Shown: in pieces, positions 37,353-50,300 of the stretch
How positions within the stretch are numbered: the stretch's first letter is position 1
Layout: each line of letters begins with the position of its first letter
Source of the DNA: Callorhinchus milii
Taxonomy: Eukaryota
DNA: 64,000 nt
Assembly (NCBI RefSeq): GCF_018977255.1
Contig: NW_024704742.1
Coordinates: 16,804,001-16,868,000 of the forward strand
Reading direction: 5' to 3'
Made by a program: the position numbers and the translations under genes
The notes under the pieces: model-generated
The model's input: only the letters and a program-made list of their open reading frames with translations
What the model was told of the DNA's origin: nothing
The model's database searches: none

Positions 37353-38468
37353 TTCCTGTAGGTAGCAAGTGAGAAGTGCTTTTGGAAGAGTTCCCGAGGA
37401 CAAGGGCATGGCAGCGAAAGGCCCCAGAGAAGATTCCTCGAATAGGATGGAACGAACCATAGAGGGATTTGAAGATCAGGATAAATATCTTGAACTCGAT
37501 TCTCCTGAGTTATTGGGAGTCAAATGGGCTTATTGAAGATAGGGCGAGAGAGAGTCTGAGAGAGAGAGAGTATGCTAATTATTCTAATGGAGAGAACTTG
37601 GACTACAGTGTTCATGGTTTGAGCAGATGTATCTCGTTCTGGAATCATTTTCAGTAGGTGATTATGGAGGAGAGAAATTGGAACTTCAACATCACTGAAT
37701 CCCTGAGAGCCTGGATTTGATCAGAGGTAAAATAATTGTGGAGGATGGGAGCATAAACAGAGGAGCGATGCCTCTTAGCAACGGATACGAAAGAATCCAA
37801 AAGACACTGCTCTACTCCTAATTTGTCTTACTTTTATTTGATAAAGCACACGTTGAAATAAAGTAGGCATTTGGTGTGTCCAATTCAAGACAATAAAAAT
37901 TACAAATGATAACGTATTCAGAAATCACTTTGTAAACCAGAGAGGCAGGAAGCACATTAGGTCCTGCAGGCATCTGATTAGCAATCATACTGCCATCTGT
38001 TCCATCTCTTACATGTTGTTTGTCTTTTGTTGCAAGTTATCACTGTTCTGAAAGGGCTGAAAATTAGCCTCGGAGCTGTGCTCCAACAATACAAAAAGAA
38101 TCACTTGCCCTTCTGCCTGTCAATTTGAAATTTTATTTTTAAAAATGACTCAATTACCAGCTCACTTATGTTTTGAGCAGGATTGATTTTGGTTATAAAT
38201 ATATATATATAGAAAAACTTTGAGTTAGTTGTTATTGCTTTTTAGTTCTGCAGAATTATTGACTTGCTGCAGCAAAGAAAGCTTCTCACTTTGCAAATCT
38301 GTATTGTTACAGAAACTATTTTAATCACTGTTATTCTTCAATAAGAAATAATACACTTGGCTGAAATGGCTATTATTTCAAATGCACGGGCTTGTGTAAG
38401 ATACATCATGTTTCACAACTTTAGCTGTTTACTCTGGAAATAAGCTCAATTGTAAAGTTTTAGTGGCT

Positions 38469-38535
38469 TCTGATATAAGGTCACACCAAAATATTAACCT
38501 AACTTTCGTTTTCAGATGCTGATTGATTCTGATTC
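38469..38535 (+). mobile_element. Possible Penelope-like element remnant with a decayed minimal hammerhead motif
   Basis: tctgatataaggtcacaccaaaatattaacc...tttcagatgctgattga resembles the remembered shark repeat tctgatgaagggtc...ccgaaacgttaac...cagatgctgcctga. Confidence 0.4.
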
Positions 38536-39149
38536 AGATGCAGCCACAGTTGCGTAACAGTCTACCTCTCTCTTTCGCTGTGAACTTATTAAGAGACCCA
38601 CTCATTCAGAGTTCTCTGAAATGATTTAATTATCAAGAAAGAGTAGTCAGAACACAAAAAGAGATAGGTGCAGTAATGTCCTTTTTCTACTGTGCTCAAT
38701 TTGATTGTATGTTATGGTTCAGAGATAGCTCAGCAGAGATTCACTGGAAGGTGTTAGATCCTTCTGATGGTCAACAGCATACTCTACGAAGTGGCAGCTG
38801 CACTCTGTCAAATTCAGAAAATTCAATTTTTGCTATTTGATTGTGCAGTAGCAGCATTACATCTACTTTTACTTACTGCAGTCAGCAACAATCAACAGTT
38901 TTCAAAATGTGGGATTCACAAACTGGAAGAGGCTGTAATTATTATAACAACCTTGCTTAAGATTGCGAGATTCACGACCACATTTGATTTAAAATAGAAA
39001 ATGTTCCCGAAGACAAGCAAAAACTGTTTTATGACTCATGTTGTGCTTTCTGATCTTTTGTTGTACAATTCAAGCCCTTTCTCAGCTGAACAAATCCCCA
39101 CTTGAAATAATTAACCGGAAATCATAATTTAGTACTACTTGCTGTTAAA

Positions 39150-39604
39150 TAATAACAATAATAATCCTTGCATTTGATACAGCACCTTATCATGACATTG
39201 AAGCGTATCAAAGAGCTTCACAGGATATACTGTAAAGTGGATTGACCTTGTATTTCGTGGGCGAAGTGCGGCAGCCAATTGTGCGTAATTGTGCCAATTG
39301 TCCCATGAACAGCCATGGAGTGAGTGACCATTTTTATTTGGGGGCTTGTTGGCCAGGACTCTGGGAGAAATTCCCTTCTCTTTTCAAATAGTGTCATGGG
39401 ATCTTTAACTCCCACCTGAACAGGCAGACGTGATCTCAGTTTAATGTCTCATCCAAAGCTCGGCACCTTTGACAATGCAGAACATCCACAGCACTGCATT
39501 GGAGTGCCATCTTAGAGTATGTGATTCCAAGTCCTGTCATGGGGCTTAAACCCACAACCTTCTGACTCAGAGGTGAGAGTGCTACCACTGTACCAGGCTG
39601 ACAC
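39150..39604 (-). mobile_element. DeuSINE (SacSINE1-like), full length
   Basis: Reverse strand head gtcagcctggtacagtggtagcactctcacctctgagtcagaaggttgtgggtttaagcccc; central ggatgagacattaaactgag...caggtgggagttaaagatcccatgacactatttgaaaagag; L2-like tail with (att)n. Confidence 0.88.
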
Positions 39605-40932
39605 ACTTTCATTTGGTTAAACACTTTTTCTTTACTTAGAGAGAATAAATGTCAGAAAGGGTGGTTGTGGCCAGGACACTCTACAGACTCCCATCAGAGT
39701 ATCAAGGGTGTTCTGGAAGGATGAGGTTGAATGGGTCTTTATCCAAACCAATCGCATGATTGTGTGGGTCGTGGTTTCAAAGCACTTTACAGTAATGGAA
39801 TGGCAGATAGGAGGGCATATGAAGAGATGACTGAAGACACAGTCAAAAAACGTTTTTGAAGATTTTTGGAAGTGGAGAGGAAGGGTGGAAGGTGGAAGGA
39901 TTTAGGGACAAAGTAACTACTGCTTTAATTATATTTTCAAAACTAATTGACTTCTACAGTTTTTTTTACATTAAAATGCAGCAAAAATTAAAAAAAATGT
40001 TTCTTTTCTGTTTCCCTGTAAAGGTGGTATAACCGATATTACAGTTCCAGGGTACAACACAGCGCTTTACTAACCTGATGCAACATTGAGGGAAATCTGA
40101 TCTGATCACAATCTACTTTAGGAGCAGTGCTCTGCTGTGTGAAACACTCCCAGTTACTAAAATCTAAGTCCTTACTAAGAAATTCCATCGAGAAACCCCG
40201 ATATTTCAGTGTAAAATGATAGTGAACAAGAGGTGCAGTCCAGATTGCCAATTGGGGTCTTTATTTGCTAACAAATAAGAATCACTTGGCGAGACAGCAT
40301 ATAATAATAAAATGTCACAGCAACTTTCAGCTACTTACCATATTCAAGAATTTTATCTTTGTTTTCCGCAGCCATTAAAATTTTGCCTAAATTACACTGT
40401 CTGATCTAAATTAGCTCTGAAGTTAGACTAGCTTATTATTTCTAGCTAAGACTATTATGAAAATTAAATGAACTTGTGAAATGACAAAAGTTGTTTCAAG
40501 TCCTCTGCATTAAAAGGCCTGTCCTTTTTATTCATCCACAGTTTGGTGCCTGAGGTGCCCTTGCATGAAGGTTTCTCCATTAAAATCTTTTCATTTTAGC
40601 AAACTAATTGTGCTGAAAATGTGAACTGTAACACATGAACATTTTGTCTGATAATTATGGAATATATATTCTTATGTAGTTCTTCTTTAGTTCCCTGATG
40701 AGGAGTGTACAGCTCATTTAACTGTCTCCCTCCCAGAAACTGGATGTTGCCAATTGAGATGCTTTCAGAGGCGGTGTATCCTCGGTATATTCAGGGAAGC
40801 AGAATAGAATATGTTTGGGCAGCAGGCTGAAGATTACAATCTAGCCCTTTGTCTATACTTGCTCATCTATGACACTCACAGAAAGTGTGCACACAATAAA
40901 TCATCACTGGGGAAATACAGAGTGCAGTTTTA

Positions 40933-41040
40933 CAGGGTGACCAACGAGTCGTGATACAATTACAATAAATAATAAGAAATTATGATAATTGTTTTTTTTA
41001 TAGATAATAGGGTAGTTATCACAACTTTTTGGTCACCCTG
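40933..41040. mobile_element. Tc1/mariner-type MITE, 108 bp
   Basis: 24-bp terminal inverted repeats cagggtgaccaacgagtcgtgata and cagggtgaccaaaaagttgtgata (reverse complement of 41017-41040) match at 21/24. TA on both sides (40931-40932, 41041-41042); AT-rich core. Confidence 0.88.
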
Positions 41041-41064
41041 TATATGTAGTTTTGTGAAACAGAC

Positions 41065-41256
41065 CTAGAACCACAGAACAATAGACATTTGCAGCACAAA
41101 AGAAGGCCATTCAGCCTATCTTTTATGCTTTGGCTCTTTGAAAAAGCAATCCATGCAGTCCCATTTACCTGTATTTTGCACAGATTATTTCTTTTTAGAT
41201 ATCTGTCTAGATTCCTCTTGAATCTATTATGGATCCTGGTTCAACCACCATACCCA
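41065..41256 (-). mobile_element. CR1 3' tail fragment
   Basis: atagacatttgcagcacaaaagaaggccattcagcc...ggctctttgaaaaagc is shared with about 545-590, 8400-8500 and 61117-61380. Confidence 0.7.
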
Positions 41257-41257
41257 G

Positions 41258-41953
41258 CAACAACAACAACAATAAGATTCCATTTATAAAGCGCCTTTCA
41301 CGTCAGGAGGACGTCCCAAGGCGCTGCACAGTTGGGTCATGACCCGAGCAGGGGGGAAATGGTCAGGGTGAGGGAAGGGAGGGAGCAAGGAAGGGGGAAA
41401 TGGTCAGGGTGAGGGGAGGGAAGGGAGGGAGCGAGGACGGGGAAGAGAGTCGAGAGGGGAGCTGAAGGCACGGTCAAAGAGAAAGGTTTTGAGACCGGCC
41501 TTGAAGGAGGAAAGGGAGGAAGCAAGGCGAAGGCACTGGGGGATGGAGTTCCAGAGCCTGGGGGCTGAGAGGCTGAAGGCCCGACCACCGATGGTAGGGC
41601 GGTTGGGGCGGGGGACGTGGAGCAGACCAGAGCCAGAGGAACGGAGGGTACGGGCAGGTAGGTAGGGGGATAGTAGGTTGGAGAGGTAGGAGGGAGCAAG
41701 GCCGTGAATGGCCTTGTAGGTGAGGATGAGGATCTTGAAATCAATCCTCTGGGGAATGGGGAGCCAGTGGAGGCGAGCGAGGGTGGGAGTGATGTGGTCC
41801 CGAAGCCTGGTGCGGGACAGTACACGAGCTGCAGAGTTCTGAATGACCTGCAGCTTGTGGAGGGAGGTGCCGGGAAGGCCGGCGAGGAGAGAGTTCCCAT
41901 AGTCCAGCCTTGAGGTGACAAAGGCGTGGACCAGGGTTTCAGCAGCGTGAGGG
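41258..41953 (-). mobile_element. L2 LINE 3' fragment, young subfamily
   Basis: Near-identical to 59425-60078 and 46395-46876; (caa)n tail. Confidence 0.93.
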
Positions 41954-42220
41954 ATTCCACATCCTTGTTACATTGTCCACAAGCTGGGGGGACACGTAGG
42001 AAAGGGGTCCTGAATGTACGTTTTATAAATAGAGTACTGGTATGAAAATAGCTAAGTAGTGAGGCTGTGGGAATTAGATACATGTATGTTGATTTATCTA
42101 TTTGCCCAACAAAGGAGTTCTGTAAACACAATCATATCTGAGCCATATGTTGTAACAATCCTAACAACACTTTTTGTTAAAAAAATACATTTCATTACAC
42201 TACAGTTATACAGCGCCCGA

Positions 42221-42340
42221 CTAGTTCTGTTGTAATGCTGTCAGATAAATTAGTTCTGATGTAGTGCTGTGCGGATAGAATAGTTCTGTTGTAATGCTGT
42301 GCAGATAGACTAGCCCAGATGAAATGCTGTGCAGTCAGAC
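42221..42340 (+). repeat. Minisatellite, 4 units of about 30 nt
   Basis: Unit approximately tagttctgttgtaatgctgtgcagatagac, repeated four times with substitutions. Confidence 0.85.
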
Positions 42341-42516
42341 AAATATTGACGAATATTGAATCATTTTCTAAAGTTAAGACCTAATTAACTTTGCCAAATT
42401 AAGGCTGCAGAAAGCTTGCTCCTGAGTATAACGAAAGTTCACTTGGAGGCATCTGATCAGATTTGCAGTTCTGGTGCATTTCTACAACTTGTGTCAGTCT
42501 TCACAGGAAGATGTGT

Positions 42517-42705
42517 ACAACAACAACAAGATTGCATTTATAGAGCACCTTTCATGTCGGGAGGACTTCCCAAGGCGCTGAACAGTTGGGTCGGGACCCG
42601 AGCAGGGGGGAAATGGTCAGGGTGAGGGGAGGGAATGGAAAGAGCGAGGAGGTAGTAGAGAGTCGAGAGGAGAGCTGAAGGCACGGCTGAAGAGAAAGGC
42701 TGATT
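42517..42705 (-). mobile_element. L2 3' UTR fragment
   Basis: Same 3' end as 41258-41480. Confidence 0.85.
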
Positions 42706-44067
42706 TAGAGCAGTGGATGGTAGCAGGTACACGTATTAGCTGTCTGGTTTAGCAGAGGTGAGAAACAGTCTAATTTCTGGATCTCAGCTGGTAAATTGCT
42801 TTACTTCTTGAACTACTGACCCGGCTCAAGGCCACCTTTGGTCAGACATCTGGTCAGACCTCTGGCTAAACCTCTGGTCAGACTAAAGAAATCCCATTAT
42901 AAAGAAATAGTGAAAAAGAATGCTAATTAGTGATCAAATAAATTAGACCCCAAAGACTATTATACTCAGGATTAATACACAGGAGAGCATCAAGTAAAAA
43001 AAATACATAGGCTAGTAAAAACAAGGCTACTTGATACCTTTTCTTAAAGCGCAACCTCTACCATGTCACGAAGAGCACTTGCCATCACCAGGGCCTTTCT
43101 GATCATCTTCGAGGGCATTCTTGTGTGATAAGGAAGAGGAAATCTCAGCCTGTTTTGTCAATCTACAGTGAGTTAGCAGGCAACAACCAAAAAATCTTTA
43201 AGTAGCAGCAATCTGTTCCCTACATTTATGAAGAGATTGTGGTTCCTGAAGAAGATTTCTTCGCCCAATGTAAGTCCACAAAACACATAGTCACTGTAAT
43301 TTATGATATATGCTGTGAAATTGGGATATTGGGATATTGGGGTGTTCTCCTGACGTGCAAGGTGCTACACCAAATGTAAGGATTATTTTTATTATCATCA
43401 ATATTTATTAAAGAGCCAGAAAAAATACCTGGCAATAATATGTAAAATCTGATTTATTTTCTCTTTCGATTTGCGTGGAAATGTGTCATTTTGGATTTCC
43501 ATTTAAGTTAGACCTGCTCTGACGATGTGAGGAAGAATTAGATTGAGGAATAAAAGACGGCTACAGAAAACTGACCCTATTGTTCAAGTCATTCGACCCA
43601 CTCCATCACCTAAAGAGTCGTGTTCTACACCTGCTCCCTGAAGCTCCAAAGCAACCAAGCGCAACTGCATTAAGATTTCTCCAACCCTCCATCTTTGCTG
43701 TACAACTCCACCCTACTCCAATAGACAAAATCCTCCCCCCACTCCACCTCAAGCCTAGTACAAATTTATTTGAACCAAAACTCAAAATTGTTTTGTGTCT
43801 TTGAGTCAAGGGTCCAATTCTGCTTAATGACCACAGACAAGCTGGAATAATTGTGCTTTTAATGGAGCCTTACTTCCTGCTGAAATAAATTGGAACCAGT
43901 GTGTTATAACTGTTTGCATATAGATTGTATTGATAAATCATCAAGCATTGTGAGACAAGTAGCAGGCATCAGAGATGCTAATCATGTTATCAAAACATTA
44001 AATAAGTTAACATGCATACTGGAATATGTACAAGATGCACAGGATAGCTGTGTAATGTAAAACTACT

Positions 44068-44480
44068 GTAGCTTGGCTCAGTCAGTTGTATTCTGTGGGT
44101 CAGAAGGTTATGGGTTCAAGCCCCAATTTGATATATGAGTTCACAATCCAAGCTGACACTTTAGTGCAGTACTGGAGGGAGCTCTGAATTATCGGAGGTG
44201 ACATCCCCCAAATGAAATGAAAATTCTAGCTGTTGTCTGTCTATTCAGGTCTAATTTAAAAATTACACTATTCAAAAGGACAAGGCAGTTTCTCCCCTCG
44301 GCTTAGTTAATACGCTTCAGATAAATTGATCATTGACTTCATGTCTGTTTGTGGGATTTTGCTATGCACCAAATGTCTGTTGTGTTTCCATATTTAAAAT
44401 CAGTGACTACATTTGACAGTAATTCCTTTGAGTTGTTTTGATGCTATAGTGCTATAAAAATACAAGTACTTTCTTTATCT
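44068..44480 (+). mobile_element. DeuSINE, diverged, near full length
   Basis: ttggctcag...gtcagaaggttatgggttcaagcccc...gctgacactttagtgcagtactg...tgtttgtgggattttgctatgcacc...gtgctataaaaatacaagt. Confidence 0.78.
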
Positions 44481-46394
44481 TCAGAAGCACTCAATTGTTT
44501 TCTCAATCCGTTTTACCACTTTATTTTTTTTTTGTAAATCTCCATTTATAATTGCTCCCTTCTGGTTTTTTTTTCAGAGTACACCAGTAAAACGATTTAT
44601 GCCTAAATTGCTTAATTCCTCATAGTTTTGATATTTCATAATTTGTAACTGTGGTAAAATTGCTCATGAATTGCACTATAGTGCTTCATCACTGCAGACT
44701 GTGGTCACATGGGTCATTTCCTCTCCAATAATAAGGGCATGTGTTATTAGAAACTCTGATACTGTGCAGGTGAACACATATCCATTATAAAACAGGGAAA
44801 TTAGCAACTGACTGGATGGATTCACTTTGGAATTTAGCCATTAACAAAGAGTTTTATCTTGCAGGAATCATTAAAGGATTCACCAATCCTGAATTAGCTT
44901 CTTCAGTTGAATGTCAACAAGATCGAGGTCCTCCAACTAAACTCCTGTCAATAGTGGAACCTCATATGGAGCATAAAACTGCCAGGACTAGGAATTGGTC
45001 TGAAAGGCCTGTTTCGGTGAAGTAGATTCTATATAATTCTATACGATGGTTCTATTATCAAATGGTGTAACTAAGTGGAAAAACATTCCAGTCGTAATTC
45101 AATTTCCAAATGATTTCTGCGAAAACGAAAAAGCTTGGTTACTGAGAGACTATCTAGCCATTGTGTGCTCTGAGAGGAGCAGTGGAATATTATTCATAGA
45201 TCAATGAACACGAGTACCTCAAGTCCTAAAGCGTTTATTCTCTGTCTGCACATTGTATAAATCTTTTAATTACATAGAGGATGCTCAATTGGATAAATTA
45301 TGTTTATATTTCCCTCTAATGATGACTATTACAAGCATGGAGGTTGTTTTGCCTCTCCTCAAAAGGTGATGTTAGTTGTCTTCATAGGTTTTATTACCAA
45401 CACTCCAGTGCATACATTTAATTGTAGAAGAGGATATTTTAGAGGCAGGTATTTTAGATGCAAATTCGCTGCTTTTATTAATGTCATATTGTTGCTTTAT
45501 TTTAAATGGTGGCAACATTTTGCAACTGAATCTCTTTAACACAAACAGTCCTGCACCTGCCATTCCCTTCCTTTCCCGCCAAAGGTGACTTCAGAGGAAG
45601 TAAAAGAGTAAGACAAAAGGAAAGTACAGTTTTCTATTGTTAATTTATTATAATTATAATTCTTAATATTATTACTGCGGAGATAAAATTTTAATTTATG
45701 GACAGAAAGTATAAGATGGAAATGTAATTAAAAAAGACAACAACTATCCCTCTCCACAGCTAACAGGAAGTTTCTTTGGAACTGCAGTCCACAACGATGG
45801 AAAGCTGTAGTAAGGTGTTCTAATTTGTAATTTGATACCTCAGTTATACTGCTGCAAGTGAAGCAATATTTCTTCCAGCAGTAGAGCGATGCAGAGTAGG
45901 AAGCCTAACTTCACCCAAAGCAACTGCTATTATCTTGTTACTTACGCTTCTCACCTTCCTTTTGCATGGTCGGGGCCTGTTTAAAAGAAAACCAACACAT
46001 AATTTCAGGTTGCATGGCTGGCTCTTCAGCAACAATTTTAAAATGGACCCTTCAACAACTTTGGTAGGCCAAGTGAATCTTCCAAGAACTTTTAAGGCAC
46101 CATTTGGTTTCAAAGCCGCAATCAATTTGTGCTGATATGTTTGCACTTTGAATCAACCTTCTCAACTTTGTTTGGGCCTGAATAAACATCGCTCAACCCC
46201 AGTTTAAATCTCACTCTTCACCATAAAAATTTGGATCAATGGTTTTGTAGCCACCTATCTATCCAGAAGTATTTATATCTGATTGATTAAATACTGTATT
46301 GGAGGTCCTTGTACTTACTCATGACAATACTACAGTTAGGCTTATTCACATTAACCTATCATACTAGGACATATAAACTGAATACTAATACTTA

Positions 46395-46876
46395 ACAACA
46401 ACAACAACAACAAGATTCCATTTATAAAGCGCCTTTCACGTCAGGAGGACGTCCCAAGGTGCTGCACAGTTGGGTCATGACCCGAGCAGGGGGGAAATGG
46501 TCAGGGGAGGGGAGGGAGCGAGGAGGGGGGAAATGGTCAGGGTGAGGGGAGGGATGGGAGGGAGCGAGAAGGGGGAAGAGAGTCGAGAGGGGAGCTGAAG
46601 GCTCGGTCAAAGAGAAAGGTTTTGAGACCGGCCTTGAAGGAGGAGAGGGAGGAAGCAAGGCGAAGGCACTGGGGGATAGAGTTCCAGAGCCTCGGGGCTG
46701 AGAGGCTGAAGGCCCGACCACCAATGATAGGGCGATTGGGGCGGGGGGCGTGGAGCAGACCGGAGCCGGAGGAACGGAGGGTACGGGCAGGTGGGTAGGG
46801 GGATAGTAGGTTGGAGAGGTAGGAGGGAGCAAGGCCGTGAATGGCCTTGTAGGTGAGGATGAGGATCTTGAAATCA
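46395..46876 (-). mobile_element. L2 LINE 3' fragment, young subfamily
   Basis: Near-identical to 41258-41745; (aac)n tail. Confidence 0.93.
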
Positions 46877-49249
46877 AAGATCCAACTCTAATGCTTTCAA
46901 GAGAGTGGAACAGGTAACATGTTTCAGATCATCATATTATAGTCAGGTTGTGGTTTCCATATACTAGAGGGGATGAAAGTGTGATATTTGTGTGTGATAT
47001 CTGCATAGTTTTGCAGTTATTGGCTGTGTATCACTGACCCACAGGAACACTGCTCCAATGCACCTGGAAGTAACTCATGGGGGAGAAGACTTCCATGACA
47101 CATCTTTGGTTAACAACAGGAGTCACAACATTCGTGACCTGCTACAAACATTCTGGTTTTGCCCTCTTTGAAAAACCTTCAGGAGAGGTATTAACAGTGT
47201 AATTTCCCAAATATCTACTCACCAAAGTTGGGAGTAATTTGAATCAAAATTCATAATCTATGAATAGAGCCTGTCAATGACTAACAACGATATATTGCAT
47301 TTATATAGCGCCTTTCAGGTCTTGATGATTTACCAAGGCCATCACAAATAGCATGCAGCAGAGCGCAATAGCCATCAGCCTGGTTAATGACATTAAAGCT
47401 CGAAGCAACAGAAAAATCTGACTTCAAACAGACCTCACATGATGTTCGTTTATCACAGGACCAGGTTTATGACATAATTTGAATGTCTCAATAAGATTGA
47501 CCTTTTATAATCACCCCTGGGTATCCATTATTTTCCAGTTCAAGACATAAATTTCATTTCAGCTACAGGTGACAGTTTTAGGATTGCATTTTGGTGCCAC
47601 TTCCTCAGTTTCATCACTATTAGTCAATATACATTCAATCATCTTGCTCCTGCTCCAGTGAAATGTTGCCATGACAAACAAAGTCTAGGTGTTAGGTTGG
47701 AAACAATGATGCATAAAATGCCAGTAGCAACATGAACTCAAATAGAATCTGGTGAGAAAAGAAAATCAAGAATGAGCTGACCTGAGGCTGGAGTCCAAAG
47801 GCAGCGGTTATCAACAGGATTCACTGTTAACAACTGTTAATCAGAGATTCTAATGAAGAGCAAATAGTCTCCCATGAGTCAGCCACAAAGTATTGCTGGC
47901 CACTAGCAGTTATTATTATTATTATGTTATTAAAGTTTAAATCACTCTGCATGATAGGAAGGATATTTTGAGATCCAATTAACTATAGCATAGCTTGCCA
48001 GGAACTGGACTATCTAGACCGCTACAGAGGGTGGATTTGATTCTGACATTCCGTTGCCAAACATGCCACCTTGGAACTAGTTCGGCTAGAAGGAGACCCC
48101 GCTTACTTTCCCCCCAAGAAGGCTAGTCACTAGTTGGACATTTGACAAGCACAGGTTTGAGCTGTTACTAGGTGGATGGCAGGTATAAGAAACTCCCTAT
48201 GAGCTTCCTGGTGGGCAACAGAGCTCAGCATGAAATGTGAGAGCATTGCCACCTGCCTAGTTTAGACAAGCATCCCTTCCCACTGAATGATGGTTCCGTC
48301 AGTTGGAGGTGAGCATCCTCCCAAAGTGAAAGGCACTGCATAACTGTAAATTGTATTGCTATGTGTAAGCCGGTTTCCAGTTCTTTCCTTTAAGAGCTTC
48401 AGAAAGCCAGCTTCCAAGTTGAGACTGAATTGTCTACAATTCTGTGTGTTCTTGAATTTCAAGACCGAATGGCTAAGGCTAAGACCAGGTGGAATTTTGG
48501 GCCATTTAACTCATTCTCACAAAGCAGGGCAACAAGATGATCTGATAATTAATTCGGTAATGTGTTTGATTAATTAATAAAGGTTTTCTTCACTGAAAAG
48601 GCACTTTTAATCATAATTCTATATCACGTTTAGAAAGACCTTGAGGGAATTAATGACTCCAGTCACTTAGTGTACTTGCTTAGCCATATGGATAGCTCAC
48701 TAGTCTGCACAGCTGATTAACAATCTGTTTCATTTGAGCATTCAGTACAACAAGCTGGGCTTGTTTGTCAGGCTTTCCAGCCAACTGTAATGGATGTTTC
48801 AATTGTGACTGAAGGCCAAATTTTGAAGCAAAATAAGAGGGACCATTAAAGCCATTTATTTTACCGATTTTCATTGAGAAATTCCACAATATTTTTTTCA
48901 TGAAAGTCAATCGATTTAAATCTTTGCCAGAAATCCAAGTTAGGATTTTGATACTTGCTTTTACACATTATAGAGTAAGAGATATCAAAAGAGGCAAAAC
49001 ATTTCCGAGGGAAAGGCAGACAGCGAGAATGGTTGGTACAGTAATAGTATAACTCCTGACGAACAATTTTTATTTAACACAGTGACAAATTTTGCATGAT
49101 GTCCAATTATCCATGCTGTTTACTGATCCACAACGGGAGCAGTCCCAATTAGTATGATATTCTTTTCTCTCGGGTATCAATAGTTGTGCTCATCAATATA
49201 AAAAAATGTTTTGTTAGGATTTGGCTTGTTTTGTGGAGTTTTTTTTTCA

Positions 49250-50005
49250 ACAACTCACTGTGTGAAAAAATGTCTCCTTACCTCCCCTCTGTTTCTTTTA
49301 ACAGGTATTTAAAATTAGTGTCCTCGGGTTACCGACCCACCCACCAGTGGAAATAGTTTCTCTTTGTTCATCCCATCCAATCCCCTCATAATTTTGAAAA
49401 CTTCTATTGAGTCTCCTGTTAACCTTCTCTGCCCCAAGGAGAACATCCTAGCTTCTCTACCCTCTCCTGATATCTGAAGTCCCTCATACCTGGTACCATC
49501 CTGGTAAATCTTCTTTGCACCCCCTCTAATGACTTGACATCTTCCTAAAGTGTGGTGCCCAGAACTGAACACAGCACTCTAGCTGAGGCCTAAACAGTGT
49601 TTTATAAAGGTTCATCTTAACTTCCTGACTTTTGTATTCTATGCCACTATTTATGAAGTCTAGTATCCTGTATGCTTTTTAACAGCTTTATCTACCTGTC
49701 CTGCCACCTTCAAAGATTTATGTGAACCCCCAGATTTTTCTGTTCCTTCACCCCCTTTAAGATTGTACCATCAGCTTATATTGCCTCTCCTCATTCTGCT
49801 CCCAAAATGCATTACTTTGCATTTCTCCACATTAAACTTCATCTGCCATGTGTTGTCCATTTTACCAGCTTCTCTCTGTCCCATTGCAGTCTCCTCACTG
49901 CTTACTACTTTTCCGAGCTTAGTATCATCTGTAAACTTGGAACTTGGTACTCCCTATACCCAAGTCCAGGTCATTTATATAGATCAAAAACAGCAGTGGT
50001 ACCAA
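49250..50005 (-). mobile_element. CR1 ORF2 3' fragment
   Basis: Reverse strand LVPLLFLIYINDLD and MFSLGQRRLTGDSIEVFKIMRGLDGMNKEKLFPLVGGSVTRGH. Confidence 0.88.
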
Positions 50006-50009
50006 AGGG

Positions 50010-50300
50010 GTAGGTTTTGAAACAGAAATTGTATGGGTGATGGAGAGAGAGTGTCGGATGGATCTTGAGATGGAGATGGAGTTCCAGGGATTGAATGCAG
50101 AAAGGGTGAAAACCCACACAGCAGTTATGGGGTAGATAGGATACAATTCCTGAAGCAGGCTGCTGCTTGCTGAGCAAAGGGAGTGGCTGGGCTGGTAAAG
50201 TTTGAGGAGGTTGCAGAGGTAGGGTGCAGCTGTACTGTGGAGGGATTTAGATGTAAGTACAGGGATCTTGAACTTGATCCACTGGGGGAATGGGGTGCTT
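50010..50300 (-). mobile_element. Old L2 fragment
   Basis: gggatcttgaacttgatccactgggggaatgggg translates PIPPVDQVQDP / FKI-region remnants on the reverse strand. Confidence 0.55.

Noticed and set aside
41337..42131. 264-aa Pro/Ser-rich ORF, with similar ones at 46422-46877 and 59395-59901
   Set aside because: Alternative-frame translation of the C-rich L2 3' region.
42221..42340. ~30-nt periodic repeat that could suggest a CRISPR array
   Set aside because: Units are contiguous with no unique spacers, there are no cas genes, and the context is vertebrate. It is a minisatellite.
45844..46146. 100-aa minus-strand ORF in non-repeat DNA, and the overlapping ORFs at 29757-30075
   Set aside because: No recognisable domain or convincing splice context; lengths are within chance expectation.
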